Shown here piece after piece: positions 27,480 through 42,498 of a stretch of 64,000 nucleotides of DNA. The first letter of the stretch is position 1. Every line of letters begins with the position of its first letter. Location: NCBI RefSeq assembly GCF_009914755.1, contig NC_060933.1; one strand, 5' to 3'. The stretch comes from the human T2T-CHM13v2.0 reference genome, Homo sapiens. The notes under the pieces were generated by a model that made no database searches, was not told where the DNA came from, and was given only the letters and a program-made list of their open reading frames with translations. A program made the position numbers and the translations under genes.

Positions 27480-30400
27480 ATGGAATTAACCCGAATAGAA
27501 TGGAATGGAATGGAATGGAACGGAACGGAAGGGAATGGAATGGAATGGAATGGAACGGAACGGAACGGAAGGGAATGGAATGGAATGGAATGGAATGGAA
27601 TGGAATGGAATGGAATCAACGCGAGTGCAGGGAGATGGAATGGAATGGAATGCAATGGAATGGAATCTTCCGGAATGGAATGGAATGGAATGAAATGCAA
27701 TGGATTCTACTCGATTGCAATGGAATGGAATAGAATGGAATGGAATGGAATGGAATGGAATTAACCCGAATAGAATGGAATGGAATGCAACGGAACGGAA
27801 TGGAACGGAATGGAATGGAATGGAATGGTATGGAATGGAATGGAATGGTACGGAATAGAATGGAATGGAACGAATTGTAATGGAATGGAATTGAATGGAA
27901 TGGAATGGAATGGAATGGAATCAACGCGAGTGCAGGGGAATGTAATGGAACGGAATGCAATGGAATGGAATCATCTGGAATGGAATGGAATGGAATGGAA
28001 TGGAATGGAATGGAATCAACCCGAGTGCAATGGAATGGAGTGGAATGGAATGGAATAGAATGGAACAACCCGAATGGAATGGAATGTAATGGAGAGTAAG
28101 GGAGTTGAATAGAATCAATCCGAATGGAATGGAATGGAATGCAACGGAATGGAATGGAATGGAATGGAATGGAATGCAATGGAATGGAATCAACCCGAGT
28201 ACAATGGAATGGAATGGAATGGAATGGAATGGAATGGAATGGAATGGAATGATACGGAATGGAATGGAATGGAACGAAATGGAATGGAATGGAATGGAAT
28301 GGAATGGAATGGAATGGAATGGAATGGAATCGTTCCGAGTGGAATAGGAGGGAATGTATTCGAGTGGAATGGAAAGGAATGGAAGCAACCAGAGTGGAAT
28401 GGAAGAGAATGGAATGGAATGGAAACTAATAGAATGGAATCAACCCGAGTGGAATGGAATGGAAAGGACAGGAATGGAATGGAATGGAATGGAATCAACT
28501 CGATTGTAATGGAATGGAATGGAATGGAATGGAATGGAATGGAATGGAATGGAATGGAATTAACCCGAATACAATGGAATGGAATGGAATGAAACGGAAT
28601 GGAGTGGAATGGAATGGAATCAACCCGAGTGCAGGGGAATGGAATGGAATGCAATGCAATGGAATGGAATCATCCGGAATGGAATGGAATGGAATGCAAA
28701 GCAATGGAATCAACTCGATTGCAATGGAATGGAAAGGAATGGAAAGGAATACATTGGAATCAACCCGAGTGGAATTGAATGGAAAGGACTGGAAAGGAGT
28801 GGAATGGAATGGAATGGAATGGAATGGAATGCAATCAAATTGATTGGAATGGAATGGAATGGAATGGAATGGAATGGAATGGAATGGAATGGAATGAAAT
28901 TAACCTCAATAGAAAGGAATGGAATGGAATGGAACGGAACGGAACGGAATGGAATGGAATGGAATGGAATGGAATGGAATCAACCTGACTGCAGGGGAAT
29001 GGAATGGAATGGAATGCAATGGAATGGATTCAACTTGAATGGAATGGAAAGAATGGAATCAACACGAGTGGAATGGCATGGATTGGAATGGAATGGAATG
29101 GAATCAACCCGAGTACAGGGGAATGGAATGGAATGGAATGCAATGGAATGGAATCATCCGTAATGGAATGGAAAGGAATGGAATGGAATGGAATGGAATG
29201 GAATGGAATGGAATGGAATCAACTCGATTGCAATCGAATGGAATGGAATGGAATTAACCCGAATAGAATGGAATGGAATGGAATGGAACGGAACGGAATG
29301 GAATGGAATGGAATGGAATGGAATGGAATGGAACGGAACGGAACGGAATGGATGGAATGGAATGGAATGGAATGGAATGGAATCAACGCGAGTGCAGGGG
29401 AATGGAATGGAATGGAATGCAATGGAATGGAATCTTTCGGAATGGAATGGAATGGAATGGAATGGAATGAAATGCAATGGATTCAACTCGATTGCAATGG
29501 AATGGAATAGAATGGAATGGAATGGAATGGAATGGAATGGAATGGAATTAACCCGAATAGAATGGAACGGAATGGAATGGAATGGAATGGAATGGAATGG
29601 TATGGAATGGAATGGAATGGTACGGAATAGAATGGAATGGAAAGAATTGTAATGGAATGGAATTGAATGGAATTGAATGGAATGGAATGGAATCAACGCG
29701 AGTGCAGGGGAATGTAATGGAACGGAATGCAATTGAATGGAATCATCCGGAATGGAATGGAATGGAATGGAATGGAATGGAATGGAATCAACCCGAGTGC
29801 AATGGAATGGAGTGGAATGGAATGGAATGGAATGGAACAACCCAAATGGAATGGAATGTAATGGAGAGTAAGGGAGTTGAATAGAATCAATCCGAATGTA
29901 ATGGAATGGAATGCAACGGAATGGAACGGAATGGAATGGAATGGAAAGGAATGGAATGCAATGGAATGGAATCAACCCGAGTACAATGGAATGGAATGGA
30001 ATGGAATGGAATGGAATGGAATGGAATGGAATGGAATGCAATGGAATGGAATCTTCCGGAATGGAATGGAATGGAATGGAATGGAATGCAATGGATTCAA
30101 CTCGATTGCAATGGAATGGAATCGAATGGAATGGAATGGAATGGAATGGAATGGAATTAAACCGAATAGAATGGAATGGAATGGAATGGAATGGAATGGA
30201 ATGGAATGGAATCAACTCGATTGCAATCGAATGGAATGGAATGGAATTAACCCGAATAGAATGGAATGGAATGGAATGGAACGGAACGGAATGGAATGGA
30301 ATGGAATGGAATGGAACGGAACGGAACGGAAGGGAATGGAATGGAATGGAATGGAATGGAATGGAATGGAATCAACGCGAGTGCAGGGACATGGAATGGA

Positions 30401-32030
30401 ATGGAATGCAATGGAATGGAATCATCCGGAATGGAATGGAATGGAATGAAATGCAATGGATTCAACTCGATTGCAATGGAATGGAATAGAATGGAATGGA
30501 ATGGAATGGAATGGAATTAGCCCGAATAGAATGGAATGGAATGCAATGGAACTGAATGGAACGGAATGGAATGGAATGGAATGGAATGGAATGGTATGGA
30601 ATGGAATGGAATGGTACGGAATAGAATGGAATGGAACGAATTGTAATGGAATGGAATTGAATGGAATGGAATGGAATGGAATGGAATCAACGCGAGTGCA
30701 GGGGAATGTAATGGAACGGAATGCAATGGAATGGAATCATCCGGAATGGAATGGAATGGAATGGAATGGAATGGAATGGAATGGAATCAACCCGAGTGCA
30801 ATGGAATGGAGTGGAATGGAATGGAATAGAATGGAACAACCCGAATGGAATGCAATGTAATGGAGAGTAAGGGAGTTGAATAGAATCAATCCGAATGTAA
30901 TGGAATGGAATGCAACGGAATGGAATGGAATGGAATGGAATGGAATGCAATGGAATGGAATCAACCCGAGTACAATGGAATGGAATGGAATGGAATGGAA
31001 TGGAATGGAATGGAATGGAATGGAATAATGCGGAATGGAATGGAATGGAACGAAATGGAATGGAATGGAATGGAATGGAATGGAATGGAATGGAATGGAA
31101 TGGAATCGTTCCGAGTGGAATAGGAGGGAATGTATTCGAGTGGAATGGAAAGGAATGGAAGCAACCAGAGTGGAATGGAAGGGAATGGAATGGAATGGAA
31201 ACTAATAGAATGGAATCAACCCGAGTGGAATGGAATGGAAAGGACAGGAATGGAATGGAATGGAATGGAATCAACTCGATTGTAATGGAATGGAATGGAA
31301 TGGAATGGAATGGAATGGAATGGAATGGAATGGAATGGAATTAACCCGAATACAGTGGAATGGAATGGAATGAAACGGAATGGAGTGGAATGGAATGGAA
31401 TCAACCCGAGTGCAGGGGAATGGAATGGAATGCAATGCAATGGAATGGAATCATCCGGAATGGAATGGAATGGAATGCAAAGCAATGGAATCAACTCGAT
31501 TGCAATGGAATGGAAAGGAATGGAAAGGAATACATTGGAATCAACCCGAGTGGAATGGAATGGAAAGGACTGGAAAGGAGTGGAATGGAATGGAATAGAA
31601 TGGAATGGAATGGAATGGAATCAAATTGATTGGAATGGAATGGAAAGGAATGGAATGGAATGGAATGGAATTAACCCCAATAGAAAGGAATGGAATGGAA
31701 TGGAATGGAACGGAACGGAATGGAATGGAATGGAATGGAATGGAATGGAATCAACCTGACTGCAGGGGAATGGAATGGAATGGAATGCAATGGAATGGAT
31801 TCAACTTGAATGGAATGGAAAGAATGGAATCAACACGAGTGGAAAGGCATGGATTGGAATGGAATGGAATGGAATCAACCCGAGTACAGGGGAATGGAAT
31901 GGAATGGAATGCAATGGAATGGAATCATCCGTAATGGAATGGAAAGGAATGGAATGGAATGGAATGGAATTGAATGGAATGGAATCAACTGGATTGCAAT
32001 CGAATGGAATGGAATGGAATTAACCCGAAT
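27480..32030 (+). repeat. Two ~1.8-kb copies ~2.78 kb apart (27480-29250 and 30240-32030)
   Basis: Landmark 28331 recurs at 31107. Shared private variants GGAAGCAACCAGAG, GGAAAGGACAGG, GAAACGGAATGGAGT and CAACCTGACT. Confidence 0.75.
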
Positions 32031-32649
32031 AGAATGGAATAGAATGGAATGGAACGGAACAGAACGGAACGGAATGGAATGGAATGGAAAGGAATGGAAT
32101 CAAATTGATTGGAATGGAATGGAATGGAATGGAATGGAATTAACCCCAATAGAAAGGAATGGAATGGAATGGAACGGAACGGAATGGAATGGAATGGAAT
32201 GGAATGGAATGGAATGGAATCAACCTGACTGCAGGGGAATGGAATAGAATGGAATGCAATGGAATGGATTCAACTTGAATGGAATGGAAAGAATGGAATC
32301 AACACGAGTGGAATGGCATGGATTGGAATGGAATGGAATGGAATCAACCCGAGTACAGGGGAATGGAATGGAATGGAATGCAATGGAATGGAATCATCTG
32401 TAATGGAATGGAAAGTAATGGAATGGAATGGAATGGAATGGAATGGAATGGAATGGAATGGAATCAACTCGATTGCAATCGAATGGAATGGAATGGAATT
32501 AACCCGAATAGAATGGAATGGAATGGAATGGAACGGAATGGAATGGAATGGAATGGAATAGAATGGAACGGAAGGGAATGGAATGGAATGGAATTGAATG
32601 GAATGGAATCAATGCGAGTGCAGGGGAATGGAATGGAATGGAATGCAAT

Positions 32650-35600
32650 GGAATGGAATCTTCCGGAATGGAATGGAATGGAATGAAATGCAATGGATTC
32701 AACTCGATTGCAATGGAATGGAATAGAATGGAATGGAATGGAATGGAATGGAATTAACCCGAATAGAATGGAATGGAATGCAATGGAACGGAATGGAACG
32801 GAATGGAATGGAATGGAATGGAATGGAATGGTATGGAATGGAATGGAATGGTACGGAATAGAATGGAATGGAACGAATGGTAATGGAATGGAATTGAATG
32901 GAATGGAATGGAATCAACGCGAGTGCAGGGGAATGTATTGGAACGGAATGCAATGGAATGGAATCATCCGGAATGGAATGGAATGGAATGGAATGGAACG
33001 GAATCAACCCGAGTGCAATGGAATGGAGTGGAATGGAATGGAATGGAATGGAACAACCCGAATGGAATGGAATGTAATGGAGAGTAAGGGAGTTGAATAG
33101 AATCAATCCGAATGTAATGGAATGGAATGCAACGGAATGGAATGGAATGGAATGGAATGGAATGCAATGGAATGGAATCAACCCGAGTACAATGGAATGG
33201 AATGCAATGGAATGGAATGGAATGGAATGGAATGGAATGGAATGCCTTCAAACCGAATGGAATTTAAAGGAATGGAATCAACACGAGTGGAATGGAATGG
33301 AATGGAATGGAATGGAATGGAATGGAATGATACGGAATAGAATGGAATGGAACGGAATGGAATGGAATGGAATGGAATAGAATGGAATGGAATGGAATAG
33401 AATGGAATCGTTCCGAGTGGAATAGGAGGGAATGTATTCGAGTGGAAAGGAAAGGAATGAAATCAACCAGAGTGGAATGGAAAGGAATGGAATGGAATGG
33501 AAACTAATAGAATGGAATCAACCCGAGTGGAATGGAATGGAAAGGACTGGAATGGAATGGAATGGAATGGAATGGAATGGAATGGAATGGAATCAACTCG
33601 ATTGTAATGGAATGGAATGGAATGGAATGGAATGGAATGGAATTAACCCGAATACAATGGAATGCAATGGAATGGAACGGAGTGGAATGGAATGGAAGGG
33701 AATGGAATCAACTCGATTGCAATCAAATGGAATGGAATGGAATTAACCCGAATAGAATGGAATGGAATGGAATGGAACGGAACGGAATGCAATGGAATGG
33801 AATGGAACGGAACGGAATGGAATGGAATGGAATGGAATGGAATGCAATGGAATGGAATCAACGCGAGTGCAGGGGAATGGAATGGAATGGAATGCAATGG
33901 AATGGAATCTTCCGGAATGGAATGGAATGGAATGGAATGAAATGCAATGGATTCAACACGATTGCAATGGAATGGAATAGAATGGAATGGAATGGAATGG
34001 AATGGAATGGAATGGAATTAACCCGAATAGAATGGAATGGAATGGAATGGAACGGAATGGAACGGAATGGAATGGAATGGAATGGAATGGAAGTGTATGG
34101 AATGGAATGGAATGGTACGGACTAGAATGGAATGGAACGAATTGTAATGGAATGGAATGGAATGGAATGGAATCAACGCGAGTGCAGGGGAATGTAATGG
34201 AACGGAATGCAATGGAATGGAATCATCCGGAATGGAATGGAATGGAATGGAATGGAATCAATCCGAGTGCAATGGAATGGAGTGGAATGGAATGGAATGG
34301 AATGGAACAACCCGAATGGAATGGAATGTAATGGAGAGTAAGGGAGTTGAATAGAATCAATCCGAATGTAATGGAATGGAATGCAACGGAATGGAATGGA
34401 ATGGAATGGAATGGAATGCAATGGAATGGAATCAACCCGAGTACAATGGAATGCAATGGAATGGAATGGAATGGAATGGAATGGAATGGAATGGAATGCC
34501 TTCAATCCGAATGGAATGGAAAGGAATGAAATCAACACGGGTGGAATGGAATGGAATGGAATGGAATGGAATGATACGGAATAGAATGGAATGGAACGAA
34601 ATGGAATGGAATGGAATGGAATGGAATGGAATGGAATGGAATGGAATGGAATGGAATGGAATCGTTCCCAGTGGAATAGGATTGAATGTATTCGAGTGGA
34701 ATGGAAAGGAATGGAATCAACCAGAGTGGAATGGAAGGGAATGGAATGCAATGGAAACTAATAGAATGGAATCAACCCGAGTGGAATGGAATGGAAAGGA
34801 CTGGAATGGAAAGGAATGGAATGGAATGGAATGGAATGGAATGGAATCAACGCGAGTGCAGGGGAATGGAATGGAATCGAATGGAATGGAATGGAATGGA
34901 ATGGAATCAACCCGAGTGCAGGGGAATGTAATGGAACGGAATGCAATGGAATGGAATCATCCCGAATGGAATGCAATGGAATGGAATGGAATCAACCCGA
35001 GTGCAATGGAATGGAGTGGAATGGAATGGAATGGAATGGAACAATCCGAATGGAATGGAATGTAATGGAGAGTAAGGGAGTTGAAAAGAATCAATCCGAA
35101 TGGAATGGAATGGAACCGAATGGAATGGAATGGAATGGAATGGAATGGAATGGAATGGAATGGAATGCAATGGAATGGAATCAACCCGTGTACAATGGAA
35201 TGGAATGGAATGGAATGGAATGGAATGGAATGGAATGGAATGGAATGGAATGGAATGATACGGAATAGAATGGAATGGAACGAAATGGAATGGAATGGAA
35301 TGGAAAGGAATGGAATGGAATGGAATGGAATGGAATCGTTCCGAGTGGAATAGGAGGGAATGTATTCGAGTGGAATGGAAAGGAATGGAATCAACCAGAG
35401 TGCAATGGAAGGGAATGGAATGGAATGGAAACTAATAGAATGGAATCAACCAGAGTGGAATGGAATGGAAAGGACTGGAATGGAATGGAATGGAATGGAA
35501 TCAACTCGATTGGAATGGAATGGAATGGAATGGAATGGAATAGAATGGAATGGAATGGAATCAACCCGAGTGCAATGGAATGGAGTGGAATGGGATGGAA

Positions 35601-38600
35601 TGGAATGGAAGAACCCGAATGGAATGGAATGGAATGGAGAGTAAGGGAGTTGAATAGAATCAATCCGAATGTAATGGAATGGAATGGAACGGAATGGAAT
35701 TGAATGGAATGGAATGGAATGCAATGGAATGGAATCAACCCGAGTGCAATGGAATGGAGAGGAATGGAATGGAATGGAATGGAAACTACCCGAATGGAAT
35801 GGAATGTAATGGAGTGTAAGGGAATTGAATAGAATCAATCCGAATGTAATGGAATGGAATGGAACGGAATGGAATGGAATGGAATGGAATGGAATGGAAT
35901 GGAATGGAATGCAATGGAATGGAATCAACCCGAGTGCAATCAAATGTAATCGAATTGAATGGAATGCAATGGAATGGATTCAACTTGAATGGAATGGAAT
36001 GAATGGAATCAACACGAGTGGAATGGCATGGATTGGAATGGAATGGAACGGAATCAACCCGAGTACAGGGGAATGGAATGGAATGGAATGCAATGGAATG
36101 GAATCATCCGTAATGGAATGGAAAGGAATGGAATGGAAAGGAATGGAATGGAATGGAATGAAATCAACTCGATTGCAATCGAATGGAATAGAATGGAATT
36201 AACCCGAATAGAATGGAATGGAATGGAATGGAACGGAACGGAATGGAATGGAATGGAATGGAACGGAACGGAATGGAATGGAATGGAATGGAATGGAATC
36301 AACGCGAGTGCAGGGGAATGGAATGGAATGGAATGCAATGGAATGGAAACTTCCTGAATGGAATGGCATGGAATGGAATGAAATGCAATGGATTCAACTC
36401 GATTGCAATGCAATGGAATAGAATGGAATGGAATGGAATGGAATGGAATTAATCCGAATAGAATGGAATGGAATGGAATGGAACGGAATGGAACGGAAGG
36501 GAATGGATTGGAATGGAATGGAATGCTATGGAATGGAATGGAATGGTACGGAATAGAATGGAATGGAGCGAATTGTAATGGAATGGAATGGAATGGAATG
36601 GAATGGAATGGAATGGAATCAACGCGAGTGCAGGGGAATGTAATGGAACGGAATACAATGGAATGGAATCATCCGGAATGGAATGGAATGGAATGGAATG
36701 GAATGGAATCAACCCGAGTGCAATGGAATGGAGTGGAATGGAATGGAATAGAATGGAACAACCCGAATGGAATGGAATGTAATGGAGAGTAAGGGAGTTG
36801 AATAGAATCAATCCGAATGTAATGGAATGGAATGCAACGGAATGGAATGGAATGGAATGGAATGGAATGCAATGGAATGGAATCAACCCGAGTACAATGG
36901 AATGGAATGGAATGGAATGGAATGGAATGGAATGGAATGATACGGAATGGAATGGAATGGAACGAAATGGAATGGAATGGAATGGAATGGAATGGAATGG
37001 AATGGAATGGAATCGTTCCGAGTGGAATAGGAGGGAATGTATTCGAGTGGAATGGAAAGGAATGAAATCAACCAGAGTGGAATGGAAAGGAATGGAATGG
37101 AATGGAAACTAATAGAATGGAATCAACCCGAGTGGAATGGAATGGAAAGGACTGGAATGGAATGGAATGGAATGGAATGGAATGGAATGGAATCAACTCG
37201 ATTGTAATGGAATGGAATGGAATGGAATGGAATGGAATGGAATTAACCCGAATACAATTGAATGCAATGGAATGGAACGGAGTGGAATGGAATGGAAGGG
37301 AATGGAATCAACTCGATTGCAATCAAATGGAATGGAATGGAATTAACCCGAATAGAATGGAATGGAATGGAATGGAACGGAACGGAATGGAATGGAATGG
37401 AATGGAACGGAACGGAATGGAATGGAATGGAATGGAATGGAATGCAATGGAATGGAATCAACGCGAGTGCAGGGGAATGGAATGGAATGGAATGCAATGG
37501 AATGGAATCTTCCGGAATGGAATGGAATGGAATGGAATGAAATGCAATGGATTCAACTCGATTGCAATGGAATGGAATAGAATGCAATGGAATGGAATGG
37601 AATGGAATGGAATTAACCCGAATAGAATGGAATGGAATGGAATGGAACGGAATGGAACGGAATGGAATGGAATGGAATTGTATGGAATGGAATGGAATGG
37701 TACGGAGTAGAATGGAATGGAACGAATTGTAATGGAATGGAATTGAATGGAATGGAATGGAATGGAATGGAATCAACGCGAGTGCAGGGGAATGTAATGG
37801 AACGGAATGCAATGGAATGGAATCATCCGGAATGGAATGGAATGGAATGGAATGGAATGGAATGGAATCAACGCGAGTGCAGGGGAATGGAGTGGAATGG
37901 AATGGAATGGAATGGAACAACCCGAATGGAATGGAATGTAATGGAGAGTAAGGGAGTTGAATAGAATCAATCCGAATGTAATGGAATGGAATGCAACGGA
38001 ATGGAATGGAATGGAATGGAATGGAATGCAATGGAATGGAATCAACCCGAGTACAATGGAATGGAATGGAATGGAATGGAATGGAATGGAATGGAATGGA
38101 ATGGAATGGAATGGAATGCCTTCAAACCGAATGGAATGGAAAGGAATGAAATCAACACGAGTGGAATGGAATGGAATGGAATGGAATGGAATGGAATGAT
38201 ACGGAATAGAATGGAATGGAACGAAATGGAATGGAATGGAATGGAATGGAATGGAATGGAATGGAATGGAATGGAATCGTTCCCAGTGGAATAGGATTGA
38301 ATGTATTCGAGTGGAATGGAAAGGAATGGAATCAACCAGAGTGGAATGGAAGGGAATGGAATGCAATGGAAACTAATAGAATGGAATCAACCCGAGTGGA
38401 ATGGAATGGAAAGGACTGGAATGGAAAGGAATGGAATGGAATGGAATGGAATGGAATGGAATCAACGCGAGTGCAGGGGAATGGAATGGAATCGAATGGA
38501 ATGGAATGGAATGGAATGGAATCAACCCGAGTGCAGGGGAATGTAAAGGAACGGAATGCAATGGAATGGAATCATCCAGAATGGAATGCAATGGAATGGA

Positions 38601-39850
38601 ATGGAATCAACCCGAGTGCAATGGAATGGAGTGGAATGGAATGGAATGGAATGGAATGGAACAATCCGAATGGAATGGAATGTAATGGAGAGTAAGGGAG
38701 TTGAAAAGAATCAATCCGAATGGAATGGAATGGAACCGAATGGAATGGAATGGAATGGAATGGAATGGAAAGGAATGGAATGGAATGCCATGGAATGGAA
38801 TCAACCCGAGTACAATGGAATGGAATGGAATGGAATGGAATGGAATGGAATGGAATGGAATGATACGGAAGAGAATGGAATGCAACGAAATGGAATGGAA
38901 TGGAATGGAATGGAATGGAATGGAATGGAATGGAATGGAATCGTTCCGAGTGGAATAGGAGGGAATGTATTCGAGTGGAATGGAAAGGAATGGAATCAAC
39001 CAGAGTGGAATGGAAGGGAATGGAATGGAATGGAAACTAATAGAATGGAATCAACCCGAGTGGAATGGAATGGAAAGGACTGGAATGGAATGGAATGGAA
39101 TGGAATCAACGCGATTGGAATGGAATGGAATGGAATGGAATGGAATAGAATGGAATGGAATGGAATCAACCCGAGTGCAATGGAATGGAGTGGAATGGGA
39201 TGGAATGGAATGGAAGAACCCGAATGGAATGGAATGGAATGGAGAGTAAGGGAGTTGAATAGAATCAATCCGAATGTAATGGAATGGAATGGAACGGAAT
39301 GGAATTGAATGGAATGGAATGGAATGCAGTGGAATGGAATCAACCCGAGTGCAATGGAATGGAGAGGAATGGAATGGAATGGAATGGAAACTACCCGAAT
39401 GGAATGGAATGTAATGGAGTGTAAGGGAATTGAATAGAATCAATCCGAATGTAATGGAATGGAATGGAACGGAATGGAATGGAATGGAATGGAATGGAAT
39501 GGAATGCAATGGAATGGAATCAACCCGAGTGCAATCGAATGTAATCGAATTGAATGGAATGCAATGGAATGGATTCAACTTGAATGGAATGGAAAGAATG
39601 GAATCAACACGAGTGGAATGGCATGGATTGGAATGGAATGGAACGGAATCAACCCGAGTACAGGGGAATGGAATGGAATGGAATGCAATGGAATGGAATC
39701 ATCCGTAATGGAATGGAAAGGAATGGAATGGAATGGAATGGAATGGAATGGAATGGAATGGAATGAAATCAACTCGATTGCAATCGAATGGAATAGAATG
39801 GAATTAACCCGAATAGAATGGAATGGAATGGAATGGAACGGAACGGAATG
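32650..39850 (+). repeat. Tandem duplication of a ~3.6-kb unit
   Basis: Landmarks 33409/34663/35337 recur at 37014/38278/38942 (offsets 3605-3615). Shared private variants CGTTCCCAGTGGAATAGGATTG, TTGAAAAGAATC and GGAAGAACCCG. Confidence 0.8.
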
Positions 39851-42463
39851 GAATGGAATGGAATCAACCCGAGTGCAGGGGAATGGAATGGAATGGAATG
39901 CAATGGGATGGAATCTTCCGGAATGGAATGGAATGGAATGGAATGCAAAGCAATGGAATCAACACGATTGCAATGGAATGGAATGGAATGGAAAGGAATA
40001 CATTGGAATCAACCCGAGGGGAATGGAATGGAAAGGACTGGAATGGAGTGGAATGGAATGGAATGGAATGGAATGCAATGGAATGGAATCAACCCGAGTG
40101 CAATCGAATGGAATCGAATGGAATGGAATGCAATGGAATGGATTCAACTTGAATGGAATGGAAAGAATGGAATCAACACGAGTGGAAGGGCATGGATTGG
40201 AATGCAATGGAATGGAATCAACCCGAGTACAGGGGAATGGAATGGAATGGAATGCAATGGAATGGAAACATCCGTAATGGAATGGAAAGGAATGGAATGG
40301 AATGGCATGGAATGGAATGGAATGGAATCAACACGATTGCAATAGAATGCAATGGAATGGAATTAACCCGAATAGAATGGAATGGAATGGAATGGAACGG
40401 AACGGAATGGAATGGAACGGAATGGAATGGAATGGAATGGAACGGAACGGAATGGAATGGAATGGAATGGAATGGAATGGAATGGAATCAACGCGAGTGC
40501 AGGGGAATGGAATGTAATGGAATGCAATGGAATGGAATCTTCCGGAATGGAATGGAATGGAATGGAATGGAATGGAATGGAATGGAATCAACCCGACTGC
40601 AGGGGAATGGAATGGAATGGAATGCAATGGAATGGATTCAACTTGAATGGAATGGAAAGAATGGAATCAACACGAGTGGAATGGCATGGATTGGAATGGA
40701 ATGGAATGGAATGAACCCGAGTACAGGGGAATGTAATGGAATGGAATGCAATGGAATGGAATCATCCGTAATGGAATGGAAAGGAATGGAATGGAATGGA
40801 ATGGAATGGAATGGAATGGAATGGAATGGAATCAACTCGATTGCAATCGAATGGAATGGAATGGAATTAACCCAAATAGAATGGAATGGAATGGAATGGA
40901 ACGGAACGGAACGGAACGGCATGGAATGGAATGGAATGGAATGGAATGGAATGGAATGGAACGGAAAGGAACGGAATGGAATAGATTGGAATGGAATGGA
41001 ATGGAATGGAATCAACGCGAGTGCAGGGTAATGGAATGGAATGGAATGCAAGGAATGGAATCTTCCTGAATGGAATGGAATGGAATGGAATGGAATGGAA
41101 TGGAATGGAATAAACCCTAGTGCAATGGAATGGAGTGGAATGGAATGGAATGGAATGGAACAGCCCGAATGGAATGGAATGTAATGGAGAGTAAGGGAGT
41201 TGAATAGAATCAATCCGAATGTAACGGAATGGAATGGAACGGAATGGAATTGAATGGAATGGAATGGAATGCAATGGAGTGGAATCAACCCGAGTGCAAT
41301 GGAATGGAGAGGAATGGAATGGAATGGGATGGAAACTACCCGAATGGAATGGAATGTAATGGAGTGTAAGGGAATTGAATAGAATCAATCTGAATGTAAT
41401 GGAATGGAATGGAACGGAATGGAATGGAATGGAATGGAATGGAATGGAATGGAATGCAATGGAATGGAATCAACCCGAGTGCAATCGAATGGAATCGAAT
41501 GGAATGGAATGCAATGGAGTGGATTCAACTTGAATGGAATGGAAAGAATGGAATCAACACGAGTGGAAGGGCATGGATTGGAATGCAATGGAATGGAGTC
41601 AACCCGAGTACAGGGGAATGGAATGGAATGGAATGCAATGGAATGGAATCATCCATAATGGAATGGAAAGGAATGGAATGGAATGGAATGGAATGGAATG
41701 GAATGGAATGGAATCAACACGATTGCAATCGAATGGAATGGAATGGAATTAACCCGAATAGAATGCAATGGAATGGAATGGAACGGAACGGAATGGAATG
41801 GAATGGAATCAACCCGAGTGCAGGGGAATGGAATGGAATGGAATGCAATGGAATGGAATCATCCGGAATGGAATGGAATGCAATGGAATGCAAAGCAATG
41901 GAATCAACTCGATTGCAATGGAATGGAATGGAATGGAAAGGAATACATTGGAATCAACCCGAGTGGAATGGAATGGAAAGGACTGGAATGGAGTGGAATG
42001 CAATGGAATGGAATGGAATGGAATCAACTCGATTGGAATGGAATGGAATGGAATGGAATGGAATGGAATGGAATTAACCCGAATAGAATGGAATGGAATG
42101 GAATGGAATGCAACGGAACGGAACGGAATGGAATGGAATGGAATGGAATGGAATGGAATCAACCCGACTGCAGGGGAATGGAATGGAATGGAATGCAATG
42201 GAATGGATTCAACTGGAATGGAATGGAAAGAATGGAATCAACACGAGTGGAATGGCATGGATTGGAATGCAATGGAATGGAATCAACCCGAGTACAGGGG
42301 AATGGAATGGAATGGAATGCAATGGAATGGAATCATCCGTAATGGAATGGAAAGGAATGGAATGGAATGGAATGGAATGGAATGGAATGGAATGGAGTCA
42401 ACTCGATTGCAGTCGAATGGAATGGAATGGAATTAACCCGAATAGAATGGAATGGAATGGAAT

Positions 42464-42498
42464 GGAACGGAACGGAACGGAACGGAACGGAACGGAAC
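42464..42498 (+). repeat. (GGAAC)7 variant-pentamer run
   Basis: Seven consecutive GGAAC units. Runs of six occur at 9516, 11709, 11769 and about 23982. Confidence 0.9.

Noticed and set aside
32650-39850. Assignment to Y-chromosome DYZ1 because of the 3.6-kb period
   Set aside because: There are only two copies, and the rest of the window has other periods. DYZ1 is a long, regular, more diverged tandem unit.
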